Assembly (NCBI RefSeq): GCF_009834535.1 | Contig: NC_045697.1 | Coordinates: 108,006,001-108,070,000 of the forward strand | Origin: Camelus ferus | Taxonomy: Eukaryota | Length of the DNA stretch: 64,000 nucleotides | Reading direction: 5' to 3' | Position numbers and translations under genes: made by a program | Shown here: one piece after another, positions 35,132-48,892 of the stretch | How the letters are laid out: the number at the start of each line of letters is the position of its first letter | How positions within the stretch are numbered: position 1 is the stretch's first letter | Notes under the pieces: generated by a model | Told to the model about the DNA's origin: nothing | What the model saw: only the letters and a program-made list of their open reading frames with translations | Database searches by the model: none

Positions 35132-36919
35132 ATTGGAGGGAAATGCATTGAAATATTCACCATGCTAATCTAAAACTGTAGCATCTTATTTTCTTTTTTT
35201 GTACTAATATGTATAAACTTTCTATAAAGGGCATACAATGAAATTATTAAAAAGTAAACATTATTTTTGTCTTTTAACACTGCACTTTGTTTTGAGGGCA
35301 TTAAAAAAGAAAAAAATTAATAACAGTTCCCAGAACCCCAGGAAATTAATGAGATCGGAAGCAGAGTCAGATGGGAAGCTGTAACAGGTCAGTCAAGTGT
35401 CCCGCCCCCTCCCCAAAGCCCCAGTGTGTGGAGCGGCCATGACAGCTAACTGTGGTTCGGATAACAAACCAAGGGGAGGGAGAGAGGATTTTATCCGAAT
35501 TGTCAGCCTTAGCCTTGAGATAGAGCGCAAGTGGTTTTAACAGCCAAATCACATCTTTGCGAACAATGTCACAAAGATAGAAAAGGAGCATTATATTTTT
35601 TATCTCATAGATGTCCTGAATAAAGTACACTTGGTTCCAATTTCATCTTGATAGCGCATCACAGATCACAGTGACAGCCTCGCTGGAAAGCCGCCGATAC
35701 TGGGTTCAGCTGGGTTTTTTTCCACTCTGCCTGGAGAAACTCTGCATTTTCATTAGCCCAGACCTATTACCGTTACTGACCATTGCACAACGTCTTCTTG
35801 GTTTTGATGGATTTCTTAGCACAGGGACTAGAATGTCCTGGCCTCTGGAGTATGCAGGTGGGACGTGCAGACGTTAGCAAGGATCCTATCAGATAAACAC
35901 ACGTGGTATCACCTACCATCTGCCACAGCATATGCTGAAAAGACATGGTTTACAAACTAAGTAGACAGTAAAACTCTGGTTTCCTTGGCCCACGTGATCT
36001 CCAGTACTAGATTTGAGCTATATTTTCAAAGGCATCAGGGACCAAGACAAGTGACCTCCCGTGGGTCTCCAGCACTGGGAGAGATCATTTAATGGAAGGG
36101 CCGAGTAACCTGAAAGATGGAATACAGCTGTTTAGAAAGAATGCTTTCCTCTCCCTTCTTCTTGGTCGGAGCAGATCAGTGAGCATCTAATTTAAAGACC
36201 TCATGGAAGGTCACATCGCCATTAATCTTTGGTTGATCTTGGAGTTTATAGGGCTGGGTCCTATTCAGTTTGGGGCTTTATCTTCTTAACTAGGAATGGA
36301 AGAAATAGAAGAAAGTCAGAGATAGGGCCACCCCACTCCTGAGCAGGAAGCTGTACAAAAGTGGGCATCAGACAAAAGACAAGAACACAGAAGTGAACAG
36401 GAGTGGTCTCTGTGGAGTTCATGCTTGTCAGGAGTGTGGCTCAGTATCTCTTTGGATCTTGGTGCCTCGAGGGCCCTGGGGAGCCCTGACACAGGCAGAG
36501 AGGGAGGAGACAAACAGAGAAGAAGAAGAGCAGAGGAAGCAAGGAGGAAGTAACTTCGTATGCCTCTCCACTCGGACTGGCAATTGTTGAGCATAGAAGT
36601 GGTACCCTGTGGCTCTGTTGGTCACAGCTCCCAGCACCGGGAGGGGTCAGCCTGACCCCCTCCAATGTGTCCATATAGTGATGTGATTTCTTGTGTTGAC
36701 TCGGGAATCTCTGAATTCTAATGTGGTTCTTAATCTTCCAAAATAATCCAGACTTCTTAACTATCCTTCAAAAATGTCGTGAATGCCAGCAAGTGTTTGA
36801 TGGATGAAGGGTGATGTAAATACTGCTGTCCTGGACCTGGTTGGAAGAGGATCACAGATACTTAAAGCGGCCATATGAATCTTTAAGAGTGGCTCAATTC
36901 TATTGTTTCTATCCTATTT

Positions 36920-37645
36920 TATATAGCTTTAAAATATATTCAGAATCCAACCACGTCATACCATCCACATGGCTGCTACCTTGGTCCAAAGATAGTGGCC
37001 ATTCTCTCTTATTTACATCAATGCCACCGCTTTCTAACTGGTCTCCCTGCTTCTGATTTTTCCCCCACTTCCATCCCCTACCCACCAACAGCTATTCTCT
37101 ACAAAGTAGCCAGAATGATGCTTTGAAGACATTGATCATGTGTCACTACCCTGCTCCATGGTTCTCCTCCCTGGGGGACAAGCCAGAGTCACTACAGAAT
37201 GTGGCCCACAGTACTTCCCTGACCTTATCCACTGGTCTCCCCTCACTCACGCTGTCCCAGTCACACGCCAGGCATGTTTCCACCTCAGGATCTTTGCACT
37301 TGCAGTTTTCTGTGGTTGGAAGGCTCTTCTCCTGGATACTGGCAAATCCATCAAGTCTTGGCTTAAATGTTTCCTTCTCAGTGAAGCCAATTCTATTTAG
37401 AAGTGCACCCCACCCTTCCCTCCCTGGCACTTTCCCACTTGATTTTTCTTGAGAGCACTTAATAATTATCACCTTCAAAATCTATAACTTATTTATTTTG
37501 TTTACTGTCTGTGCCTCCCTCTCCCCTAGAATAGAAGCCTCATTGAGGCAGGGGTTTAAAATCCACTTGTTCATGACTGCATCCTCAGTACCTGGAATGA
37601 TATTTCACACATAGTAGGTGCTCCAAAGCATTTGTGAATTGAATT
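36920..37645 (+). mobile_element. LINE-2 3' fragment
   Basis: ctaactggtctccctgcttc...ctagaatagaagcctcattgaggcagg...cacatagtaggtgctc. Confidence 0.8.
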
Positions 37646-38889
37646 TGCTGCCTTTTTCTAGAAGTCTTGTGGGCAGTTTCCTTGTGTACAGTTTTATATA
37701 TTTGAAAGGTCATGTCTGATTGGAAGAAGAGACACGTTTGTAAAATGTTATACACACCATCTGGAGGCTGCTGGGCAGCAGATCTATAAAATGGGTCGTA
37801 AGTGACAGACGAATGCCCTGTGGGTAGAAATCAACACTGTGGGAACCTGCTAGGTCCTCTGTTAAAGTGAAATTGCAGCTCGTTGGCTGAAGAAAGTGTA
37901 TCTGTCTTAGCTTTTTCTAGGTTGTGTCTGTTGCATGGAAAATGACATTTTCCCCCCCAATGTTTCTTTCAAACAAACCACTTTTGATTACCCTAAATGG
38001 TTTGAAAACTAAATAAAATTAAAAAATATAAAAGGCATATTTGATTCCAGATCTCTCTAAGTCCATCTGTATACTTATTTATTTCGCATGAGGTTTGTTT
38101 CATCAGAAACTTGGACATCAGTGATGAAGGCTTATTGGATTGAGTTTGGTCGTGCAGTTGAGTAATAATTTCAGAGGCCTTTCAAGGATTTTACCCAATA
38201 CTTTTGCTGATCTTGTTCACATAGATCAGTCCTATTGGCTAAAAAGCCGTAATTATTCTTTTGACTTTTCTTTGTGAATTGATATTGCTATTGAAAATAA
38301 CATCCCCAAAGACAGAGCAAGGTAATACTCATTTTTTAAAAAAAGCTATTGTATTATGTTTACCTGGCCATTAAGTGTATTTTGTCTCAAAGTGCTGTTG
38401 GGCGGCAAAATAATGTCTCACAGAATGATTGTAATTTAAACATGAAAACCACTAGGTTTTCTTTTCTTCTTTGCTTTGGTTTTGCTGGCTGTGTGATTTT
38501 TGGGGAGCTCCTTCTGTAAACATATATAAAATGAATAACAGTAAATGAATTACAGAGGTATAATTCCACTGAGGGCTCTGGAAACAGCTTTTCGCCTTGA
38601 GAGCCAAGCTCGTACACTCGGTGTCGGTTCAGAATTGCCAGACAGAATTATAGCTCCATTCCTCGGGGTTTGCTTGTTGTTAATTTTATGGAGGACATAA
38701 AAGCTAATGTAAAGCATCTGTCCCATCCTTGACCCCTTTAAGAAACCTGTATCCGTGGCAGCTGATAACAGGTAGGAGGAGGCGGAAGCTCTGAATCCTC
38801 GTAGGGCATTTCAAGAAAAGGAAATGCCTGCCTGTTGAATATCTCTTTGACATTAAATCTGAGTGGTGATGAGATTGGGGTAAATTTCA

Positions 38890-39675
38890 GTCTATTCAGT
38901 TAACGTCTGTATGGAGCTCATACTGTGTGGCGGGGCATGCTCTAGGTGCTGGGGTTACAGCAGTAAACAAACCAGGCAAGAAACCTTCCTTCCCTCTTGG
39001 AGCTTACTTATACTACAAACAAGTAGAATATAAAATACGTTACATGTGACAAGTCATTTCATACTAAATTGGTTAGGGAAAGACAGTTGAGAGGGGAATA
39101 GGGCCTTCAGGGCTGAGAGCAGGGTTGCTCTTTTAAATAGAATGAATAAGAAAGACCTTGCTGATAGGATAGTGTTTGAGCAGAGACCCAAATGAGGCCT
39201 GGGAGCAAGACCTGATGCAGATCTTGGAGGAAGAGCCTCCTAGGTGGCGAGGCAATTCTGTGCAAAGGCCCTGAGGCAGGTGGCTTGGCAGAGGGAGAAG
39301 TGCAGTGAGAGTAACTAAAGCTGAGTGGGTGAGGAAGGGAGATGATATCCCGTAAGATTCAGAGGACCGCATCCTACATGGCTTTCGAGGGCAAGGGAAG
39401 GTCTTGGGATCCTCTGAGTGGATTGGGAATATGTTGAGTTTTGAGCAGAGAAATGATTATTCAAGGGGATTATTCTGGCTGCTTCACAGAAAACAATCAG
39501 GAGGCAAGAATTTAATAGGAGAGCAGCTGTGGGGCTGCTACAAAAACCCAGGCATGAAATGAGAGTGGTTTGGAGGAAGGTGGCAGGCGGAGGTGATAAG
39601 ACAGAGTCTACCTTTGTTTGGGTGCTGAATGAAGAAGCCACAGGACTGGCTGCGAGGTTGGATGTGGTGTCACTC
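38890..39675 (-). mobile_element. LINE-2 3' fragment
   Basis: ctaggtgctggggttacagcagtaaacaaa...gtgcaaaggccctgaggcagg...ttttgagcagagaaatga. Confidence 0.8.
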
Positions 39676-40569
39676 ACGGGCCCACTGCCCTAGAGTCGCT
39701 GCCAAGGTGCACAGAGATTTTTGTGACTCCTGCCCTCTCCTGCTCCGGCTCTGATGATGACACCTCGACACAACACTGTGGGTCATATTTGGGGTTTGCT
39801 TCTGCCTTGGCTGGTTTTTGCCCTGGGCACTTGTATAGCATTTGCTCACACACAGGAACCTTATTTTGCTGCCCTTCTGTTTTCTGAAACTCAACTTCTC
39901 GCTGCCCTTGCCAGGACTGCCCGCAGATGCCCAGCCATTCTCCTGGAGCCGAGAACAAGAAGCGTCTGCATCTCCCACACCACCACCTCATTGTGTCGAT
40001 AATTCCTCCACCAGAGCCTCAGATTCTGAGACCAGATGTCTCCTTCTTTCCAACTCTGCTCCAAGCCTTAATTGCTTCATGGTAGACTGATGTTATGATG
40101 TTCATACTGGCGTTTTTGTTTTCTTGCTTCCAGAAAGTGAACCGCCAGCAGCAAGAATTATCATTGTCCAGCTCCATTTTCATCATCCCACAGTCCCTTT
40201 CAGATTCCCATCTTGGCTTCCAGTTCTTTCTACCCCGATCTCCTCAAATAAATTTAAATTGTTTAGCATTTTTTTGATAAATGTTTCCACCACACCCTTT
40301 TCATCGTCTGTATGTATGTATATAATTTTTGACTCACTCTGGCAAACCATTTCGAGAACTGTGAGCAAATCAAGCAAACATAAGGTCTGAATTGGGGAGA
40401 GGTTTCCCCCATTTCCGTGCTCTGGTCGCACCTGCCAAGCACTGGAGAACTGACCATCCTAACAGTCATTGTACTAATGACTACCACTGGGAGGGGTAAC
40501 TCATTAACTGTGAATCTTTGTTTTTCTTCTTAGTGTACGTTAATTAATTGGCATGCAAGTCGTTTATGC

Positions 40570-40908
40570 AATGCACCAAATATTTCTATTCTCCTGATAC
40601 ACAAAAGAGGATTGTACTTCCTGGCCTCTTTTTGGTTGGATGGGGCAATGGGATTAATTCTGGCCAATGACTTGAGGATGGAAGTAATATTTATAATTTA
40701 TGAGCCAGTGCATGTAATTGCCAGGAAAAGACTCCAGAGCCTTCATTCCCTTTTGGGATGTTGGCCTAGATCACTGAAGGTGGGAGGAGCAGAGCCCTCT
40801 GGCAACCTGTGATGGACGGTCAACAAGACTGAATTACTCTGTTTTGGCCACTACAATTTGAGGGTTGTTTATTATCACAGCATCACCTCACCCACCCTGT
40901 CTGATGTA
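40570..40908 (+). mobile_element. Old MLT1 (MaLR) LTR, MLT1I/J-like
   Basis: ttctggccaatgacttgaggatggaagt...gggttgtttattatcacagcatcacct. Confidence 0.65.
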
Positions 40909-42791
40909 TTCAGATCATCTCTCCGGTGATAGTTATCTGAGAACCAGGTCTCAGGCAAATGAGGGTTCGGTTAGATGTAAAGGACAAACCTAAGTTAGAT
41001 GCTGGTCATGGGGTTCCAAGAATGATGGTACCAAAAAGGGGAACAAGGTTGCACATGGAGGAAGTAGAGGGACCCTGAAGGCAAAAATGGAGCGATCTCT
41101 AGGGTTTCTCTAAGGTTGGTGACAGGAAAAAGATTTAGTGATCTCTGCCTAACACATGCCTCATGCCAGATGCCTTGCAGCTGGTGTCCTGATCAGGAGG
41201 GAACTCCTGTTACATGGGATGACAAGAAGGCAAGGTCTCCATCTCACCACCTCTGGAGAGGATGGCTGCCACCACCAGTTCACTCCGCTCCACACTGATC
41301 ATTCAGATCATGGACAACAACTGGGAGGAGACACTGCAGGGTCAGGAGAACTCAGCACAGCCCGATGCTGTGTAAGTATCACGGCGTGTCCAAGGAATGA
41401 TTTCTAGCTTCCTGTAGATACCATTAGTGAAATTGCAGTATCTGTTTCTAGGACCGCCTTTGCCAGGATCATTGTTTCCTGGTTTGAACTTGGAGGGGAG
41501 GAGGAGGGAGAAGTGGGTGCCCTCTGCCTCCCTCCTTGCCGTGTGAAGCCTGGAAAAGGAGCCTGCTGTTTAGAAATTTGCTTTGTTTTTAACTGGCGAG
41601 AGAAGGCTGGTGAGAACTTCTCCTTGTGTTATGATTTTGTGACTGTGTGAAGTCAATCTGTGAGCAGTTTCGGCTCTCCTGAGCTGTCAGTGACTGGGAG
41701 GCTTCAACTCCGATGAAAACTGTGACAGAAAAAAATTACCATCATCCAGGGACAGGCAGGAAGAAAAAGCCAGCATAATACTGATGAGAAGGTAACTGTG
41801 AAGAGGCTATTATATTTAGCGCCTTATTTCAGCACAGAGAAATCTCCTCAGGGTTGCTGTTGATAGAACCATTGCCTTGTTAATGGATGTGGTGGGGCTT
41901 TGACACCTGGGGGAGAAAGAGATAAGAGGTGTGGCCACCTGGAGTCATGTGTTCGCTAGAAGTTCTGCTGGTAGCAGCGAATGGAAGCCATAGCTGTGCT
42001 CTCTGCTCTGAACCAGTGTGGTTAAGAGACCAGCAGGGAAAAGGACTCTAGGTTTTAGTTCAACAATCCAGCAAGTCCGGTGAACTGATGGAACCCCATC
42101 CAGCACCTCCCCTGAAGCCTCCCTCTGCGGAGTCCTCAAAAACATCCTTTGTTGTCCCTTTTGCCACCAGAGCCATCCTCTGTCCCCAGATCACCCAGAA
42201 CATTTCTTTGCTACCTGCTCTACCCTGACTCTGGCCTCCGTGTAACACCGCATCCTCTGGTCTCGTTGACTTGGGGCCTTTCTTAGGTGACTCCAGCTAC
42301 TTGCTAAGCTCATCTGAGCTAAATTGTTAACGTTGCTAATGGTTTAAGGTGTTAGTCCTTCCAGCTCATCTATTTGCATCTTAACAGGGACCTTTCAGCT
42401 TGCAGCCAAAGGTGTTACTACTTAGAATCTAGGGCACACAACCAAAGGCTGCTGGGAGGGGGGGTGGCATTTGGGAACATGAATCTGTTTGGGGGACACT
42501 TTAATTACACCTGGTAAGCAGTGCAATCCTTCGCCCAGCCGTGCAGGTTTGCAATGCAGCCTCCTATTTGCATTCCGGGACTCTGCATCGCCCCAGTTCT
42601 TAGAATCAGATAAATGCCACGTCTTTTAACCACCTTTCCTTTATTGAAGTCCTTCGCACTGCACTGCTTGCTGGCCTTCTCTCTCCTGGCCTTACTGTAA
42701 GTGGGTTTCTCACAATACATTTGAATACATTTGAGGGACGCACAGAAACCTGTCATTTAAATAATATAGGTAGTCCTGTGTCACAGTTCCA

Positions 42792-43536
42792 TGTGGCTGA
42801 GAAACAGGAGTGACTCTGAAAGGGCAGGAAACTAACAAAGTGGCCTCCCTGATGCTAAAGCTATTTGCTGATTCATTCTTTTTTAAAAAAAATTTTTTTA
42901 TTGAGTTACAGTCATTTTACAATGTTGTGTCAGATTCCAGTGTAGAGCACAATTTTTCAGGTATACATGAACACACATATATTCATTTTTTTTCACTGTG
43001 AGCCACCACAGGATCTGCTGATTCATTCTGATTTAAAACTATTACAACTTGTTTTTCCCTGTTCTCTGACAACCCCCCACCTCTGCTTCACTCGTTCAAC
43101 TGCTTTTGTGCTCAACAGCCCCCAACCTTCCTGTTACACTCTCCACTCCCTAAACATTCTCTACCCAGAATAGCTTGTCCTTTAATCCAGAAGCTGGATT
43201 CTGGGAAGTGGTCACAGGCTGACAGCCTCAGAAGAATGAACAGACCCTCCTGAGTTTCTCCATAATGGCATGACGTTTCTTGGATTCATCAAGATTAAGA
43301 GAAATACAGCACCCCAGAAAACACCCCGACTGTTGTTGCCTTTCTGTTCCATCAGGTTTTTCTATAAAGCCTCAGGACCCCAACCCCAAGACAGATTCAC
43401 GGTCTCTGAGGCATCAGCCTGCTGTGACTCCCTTTCCCTGGCAAGGCACTAAAGCTGTTCTTTTCTAATTCTCCCAAAACTCTGCCTCCAGTCTTAATTT
43501 GGCTATCGGGGCAAAGAAGCTAGTTTTTTGGCAACA
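42792..43536 (+). mobile_element. ERV-type solo LTR, interrupted by an L1 fragment
   Basis: TG start (5' boundary uncertain), TATAAA at ~43363, degenerate poly(A) signal actaaagct and terminal GGCAACA. Confidence 0.7.
42880..43015 (-). mobile_element. 136-bp 5'-truncated LINE-1
   Basis: Perfect 14-bp TSD tgctgattcattct (42866-42879 and 43016-43029); homologous to ~3705-3835 of the full-length L1. Confidence 0.92.
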
Positions 43537-43798
43537 ACTCCACTGCTGGACTGGGAAGTGCCTCTGATAAACAGAGCTGCTCTTTTGGAATAAAAATTTT
43601 GTCTAAGGACCCCCTCTATTTACCAACTATAGGTGTAATTAAGGTGAAAATCGGCTTGTACTTAGCATGGAAAGGACCCTGGGTGTGGTTAGTCACGCAC
43701 ACACACACGGGATACTTCCTATGGGTAAGTCATTTTATGTTAAAAGCAAAGGGCTCTGTGGTGAGTGGAGGGAAAATTGACAGTAAGTATCAAAAGTC

Positions 43799-44057
43799 AC
43801 AGACACAGAGAACAAATTAGTGGTTACCAGTGGGGAGAGGGAAGTGGCGGGGGGGGGGAAAGATAGGGATAGGGGATTAAGAGGTACAAACTATTATGTA
43901 TAAAATAAGCTGCAAGGATGTACTGTATAATGCAGGGAATATAGCCAGTATTTTGTAGTAACTATTAATGGATAGTTAAAAATTGTGAATCATTATGTTG
44001 TACACCTGTAATTTATGTAATATTGTACATCAACTATATGTCAATAAAATTTTTTTA
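43799..44057 (+). mobile_element. 5'-truncated LINE-1 3'UTR
   Basis: gagaacaaattagtggttaccag...caactatatgtcaataaaa; TSD aagta(t/c)ca(a/g)aagtc at 43785-43798 and 44058-44071. Confidence 0.88.
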
Positions 44058-44525
44058 AAGTACCAGAAGTCTTAAAATGTGCATATTCTTTGATTCAGCA
44101 GTTCTAAATCTAAAATTTATCCTAAGGTATTAGAGGTGTTCATAAAGAATTATGCACAAGAACATATGAGGATATTAATCAGAGCACTTTTAATAGCAAA
44201 ATACCAGAAATAATTCACATAACAATGGAGGATTAATGAATGGCTATAGTATTTATAAACTAGGAAACTAAAAATTAGCCATTAAAATTCCTATCTTGGG
44301 AAAATAATTGCATGGTAAAATGCTCACAATATATTTTTGAGTTAAAAATGTAGTTTATAAGAGATGGTGAGTTTAATCTAAGTTTTGTAAAATGTATGTA
44401 ATATAGGTATGGAACTATGTCCTATATTTACTTTTAGAAGCAAATATACTAAAATGTTTTATCTGAGTGCTTCTATGAGTGATTTAAAATTTCTTCTTTA
44501 TATTTCAAATTGTCAATGAGAGTTA

Positions 44526-44615
44526 TTACTCTTATAATCAGAAAAGGATGATTTAAATAACAAGGATTTACTTTTATAATCAGAAAAGGGTTGTTTAAAT
44601 AACAAGGATTTACTC
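44526..44615. repeat. 42-bp tandem duplication (2 copies, 4 mismatches)
   Basis: Units 44526-44567 and 44568-44609, each bounded by ttact. Confidence 0.9.
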
Positions 44616-44776
44616 TATAGCACAAAGAGAACTATATTCAATATCTTGCAATAAGCTATAATGGAAAAGAACAAAAAAAGATACATACATGTAAGTGTAG
44701 CCAAATCACTTTGATGTCTACCTGAAGCTAACACAATATTGTAAATCAACTATACTTCAATTTTAAAAAAATTTTA
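44598..44776 (+). mobile_element. 5'-truncated LINE-1 3' end
   Basis: aacaaggatttactctatagcaca...tgtaaatcaactatacttcaatt; candidate TSD aaaag(g/a)atgat. Confidence 0.85.
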
Positions 44777-44914
44777 AAAAGAATGATCAAAGAAGATAAA
44801 ACTGATTTATTCAAAAATTCAACACAGAAAACCTACCAAGGTATTATGTAACACGTATGAAGGCTTGGAAAACTATGGGGAGCCTAACAAAGGTTGTTGG
44901 GACCGTGTGAGGGA

Positions 44915-45085
44915 AGAGTTCTGGTTTTGGATTCCAGCAAAACTGGGTTGATCCCTAGTTCTGCCTCTAAACTTGTGATGTATTATTTAACCTAAGCTTT
45001 AATTTTCACTTCTGGATAATGGGAACAATAAAACCCATCTTCTGGAGTTATCTTGAGGATTAATGAGGAGCATTAAAAAACAGTA
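44915..45085 (+). mobile_element. MIR fragment
   Basis: ctgggttgatccctagttctgcc...ataatgggaacaataaaacccatc...ttgaggattaatgag. Confidence 0.6.
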
Positions 45086-45211
45086 GTTCTTATTTTTCAT
45101 GGCACAGTGTTATCAGGTGTCCTTCCCAATCCCCTCCGCCTCGTCCCTCTTAGTCTCCTGTGACAGTCACACTGGCCCTCTTTGTCATCTCATTTATATT
45201 CACTAGCCATC

Positions 45212-45700
45212 GTTGTATTATATACGTTGTATTATTATTTAGCCATAGCAAAGCTAACAAATCAGGTGATGACTGCCATTGAAAAGACGGCCTGTTATAC
45301 TCAGAGATCCCAAAAGGAGGGGCGTGCCATGCTATGGGGGCCACATGGGGGAGGGCCAGGGTTAATCTGGGGTGGGGAAGCTTGGGCAAGAGTTTTATTG
45401 TGGTTTCTGTGTGAAGGAACAGGCAAGGCAGGGCAAGTAGACTTAGAATTAGCTAGTTTGAATGATTTCAGAGAGCTCTGGGGCACAGGGGCTGTCCCTA
45501 GTTGTCTGGAACCTGGCTTGGGGTGAATAGTGGCCCAGAATATAAACACCCTATAAAGGAGGTGGTTGAGGTATGGGGTCTGGACAGGATGGTTTGCATA
45601 TGAAAAGTGTGGGGCCCTTTATTATCTCTAGGAATTGGCTGTCCCAGGGAAGGGCAGTCCTTCTGGGGTCAGCATCAAAAATGCAGAATAAAAAAGATAG
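45212..45700 (-). mobile_element. MER74-like ERVL solo LTR
   Basis: gactgccattgaaaaga, tttattgtggtttc, gctagtttgaatgatttcag and ggggctgtccctagttgtctgg match my recall of the consensus. Confidence 0.6.
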
Positions 45701-45824
45701 GACTTATATAAGGATAGGTTGGGGCAAATTAGTGATTTTACCTTTTATCCCCTCTGTAAGGAAAAGGCTCAGAGCCTTGGCATATCACACAACCTTTGCC
45801 AACCTCTGTTCTATAGAATCGTAA

Positions 45825-46370
45825 TTATTTTTGCTTTTTGACTGTCCATTCCTGTGTAACAAACCATGCCCCCAATGTAGTGGCCAAAAACAACCACTTT
45901 CCTTGCTTATGATTCTGCCATTAGGGCTGAGCTTGACCAGGTGGTTATTTTGCTGGTCTCACCAATGGTCACTCACATGACTACATTTCGGCTTACCAGG
46001 CAGCTCTGGGCTGGCTCAGCTGGGATGCTGGCATGGCTGGGTCTCTCTCTCTCTGAACTCTCTCTCCCCCTCTTTCTCTCTCTGTCCTTGAGGGCTCAGG
46101 GACTCACCTTTTCCTAATGATCTCTCCAGCAGAGAAGCCAGACATCTTACACAGCACTTCAGGGCTCCCAAGAATGCAGAAGTAAGAGTTTCCAGGTTTC
46201 ATAGGGCTTAGCCCTGAAACAGGAGCAGCATCTCTTCCCCTGCATTCTCTTGGTGGAAGCAAGTCACAGACCTAGCCCGGATTCAGTGGAAGGGAAGCTC
46301 ACAGGGCATGAATTCCAGGACGTGTGTGTATCAGGAAGAGTATTCTTTGGGTCCATCAATGTAATGGACC
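45825..46370 (-). mobile_element. Old MLT1 (MaLR) LTR
   Basis: ctgtgtaacaaacca...tagtggccaaaaacaacca...gcaagtcacagacctagcccggattca. Confidence 0.65.
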
Positions 46371-47559
46371 GTCAAGGGAGGTGAGGAGGAACATTCATTC
46401 TAGCAACCCTTTCAGAGCCCCTGAGACGGGGAAAGAAAGAGAATCTTAGAGCCATGTCACCAAAACCAGTGAGGACACTGTCATGCTGTTGATTCCCATC
46501 CACAGGGGCTGCGTGAACATTCTGGGCTTTCTCCTAAAGAAGTGACAAGATAAGGAACCATAATTGCTTTGTAGAGAAAAAAGCCTTGAAAAGGTAGGGT
46601 CCAATTTTCAATGAGAAGACCTGAGAGAATGAGATTCTGTTCTATTTTTAGACAAAGTGTACTAGGTCACTACTGATCAAAGAGTCACTGGGAAGACTCG
46701 ATGTGAAGACCAGACAGCCACTGGTTTGAAGTCTCATCAGCCAGTGAAAGAATGTTTCTTTTGCTTTATAGGCTTTTAATAGAAGAAAGTGTTTTGTGAA
46801 ACTGAATAATTTCTCTTTAAAGAAATAAAAGGAATCCTGGGAAGCATTAAGATCCATGAATCTTGCTAAATGCCAAGTTTCCGCCCCGATTTTACTTTTT
46901 CTCAAAGAAAACAAAAAATCACCTAACTACCATTGTTGCTTTAAATCCCTGGGTTGGAATTTAGATTCTAGGGGTAGTTTGCTCAGCTGAGGTCTCTGAG
47001 GACTTCGTCATGTAAACAGGTCTGCTTTCTAAAGTGCCTGGAACGAGCTCAGACTCTCCCAACACAGCGCCCCTAACGGCAGAGGGGAAGAACGCATGCC
47101 TGGGCTCTTTTCTAGTTCTAAATGTACCTGCAAACAGGTTTATTTGATATCTCTTTTTAATCTTTAACATTTATGCTAATTTTCCCTTCTCCATAATACA
47201 TTCATAGTTGTTTTAAAATGAATTTGCTAAAGCATTATCTCTCATTACTTATCCAGGGCTGGCCAAGGGTATCTCTTTCCTTCTCTGGTTTCCTTCTAGT
47301 TACTCGACAATCATTCATTTTGTTTCAGGTTCGATTGTTATTTGGAAAAGATTAAATTTTTCCCCTTGACCTCCATGGGAAGAGTATACATTCTTGCCTC
47401 CATATTTTTCAATAAGTTCTGAATTCTGCTTCTAAGTTTATCCCACCCTGCGTAGTCTCCCTCAGTTTTTAGGGTAAACTTTAGAGTTCTCTATCTTTAT
47501 AGCTACTCTCCCATCATTGTTTTGTAGTTCTTTCTATTCAATCTCCTATTTCGAATGTG

Positions 47560-48890
47560 ATTTCTGTCTACTGATTGGATCTGTGCTCAGAAGGCTTCCA
47601 TGACTCCATCCTCATCAGTTTTTCTTTTACTTTACTAATTACTAATTTTTAGCTTCTTTGATAATTTCCCCTGCCTCATTCATCCCCTAATCAGCTATAT
47701 ATCCAGGTTTCTGTTTTCAGCCCTTTCCATAGTTTTCCTGGCTAATCTTACCCACGCCCATGAATTCTGTTATCAATTCTGTTTTTCTGATTATTCCTCA
47801 CATTTTATCTATAAAGAGCGCAATCCCTTTTTTTGAGGGCTGGACGTCTGTTTTTATCAGCTCACTGGACATCTCCATGCGAAGGCCCTATGGCACTTCA
47901 AATTTAAGTGGATTCATTGTATCCTCCACAAAATCTGTTTCTCCTCCTGTCTCCCAGTCTTAACAGCACTATCCCTTCAGTTAGCCAAGTTCGGAAAGTT
48001 GAAGTTATCTGTGACACCGCCTCCTCATTTCCCAAGCCTGGTTACCAAAATCCTGTTGACTCAAACTCTAAAACATACCAAAAAACCCCTCTGTTTCTCT
48101 CTAGTCCAGGGTCACACCATCTCTTGCTTGGGCTTTTTCTTAGTTAGCTTGGGCTGCTACAACAAAATACCAATGATTGGGTGGCTTAAACAACAGACAT
48201 TTATTTATTATAGTTTCAGAGGTTAGGAAGCCCAAGATGAAGGTACCAGCTGATTTGGTTCTTGGTGAGGGCCCCTTCCTGGCTTACAGATGGCTTTCTC
48301 CTTGCTGCATCCTTACATCGTGGAGAGAGTGCTCTGGTGTCTTTTCTTCTACTCACATGGGTACTCGTTCCATCCTAGAGGCTCCACCCTCATGAACTCA
48401 TCTAAACCTAATTACCTCCCAAAGGCCCCACCTCCTAATATAAGCCCTTTGGCGGATAGGGTTTCAACATACGAATTAGAGGGGACACATTCAGTGCACA
48501 GTGGGCTTTTCCACTGATGTCCTAACTGGTCCCCGGACTTTCAGTCTTTCCACCCCTTTTCTATGCAGCTTCCAGGTGCATCTTTGTACAATGCAGAAAT
48601 GGCACGTCACTCCCTCGTGCGACGCTTTCCAATACTCTCTGTACTATTTAGCCATGGCATTTGCAGGAGGTCAGACTCAGGTCCCAACCCTTTCATTTTA
48701 GCTCCATTTCCAATAACCCCTCCTCTCCCCCACCCTCCCTTCCTTGCTTCCCTTGCTAATACTCTTTCTTCTGCCCGCATCTGCTTGGCAAGGCAAACAC
48801 TACATGTTTTCTGACCCAGCTCAAATGTGATGGCTTTTGTGACGCCTCCTCCCCGGGCAGAATTAATCACTCCCTTGTCTGCTATTTACA
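47560..48890 (+). mobile_element. LINE-2 fragment, split by an MLT1A LTR
   Basis: L2 motifs ctcactggacatctcca, ctagtccagggtcacaccatctcttgc and cagctcaaatgt on both sides of the MLT1A. Confidence 0.65.
48135..48502 (-). mobile_element. MLT1A-like MaLR LTR
   Basis: gggctgctacaacaaaatacc...gggtggcttaaacaacagacattta...taattacctcccaaaggccccacctcctaata...ggggacacattcag. Confidence 0.88.
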
Positions 48891-48892
48891 GG

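Noticed and set aside
36551..36561. TAACTTCGTAT, 11 of the 13 bases of a loxP half-site
   Set aside because: There is no inverted partner 8 bp away and no vector context; I treat it as a chance match.
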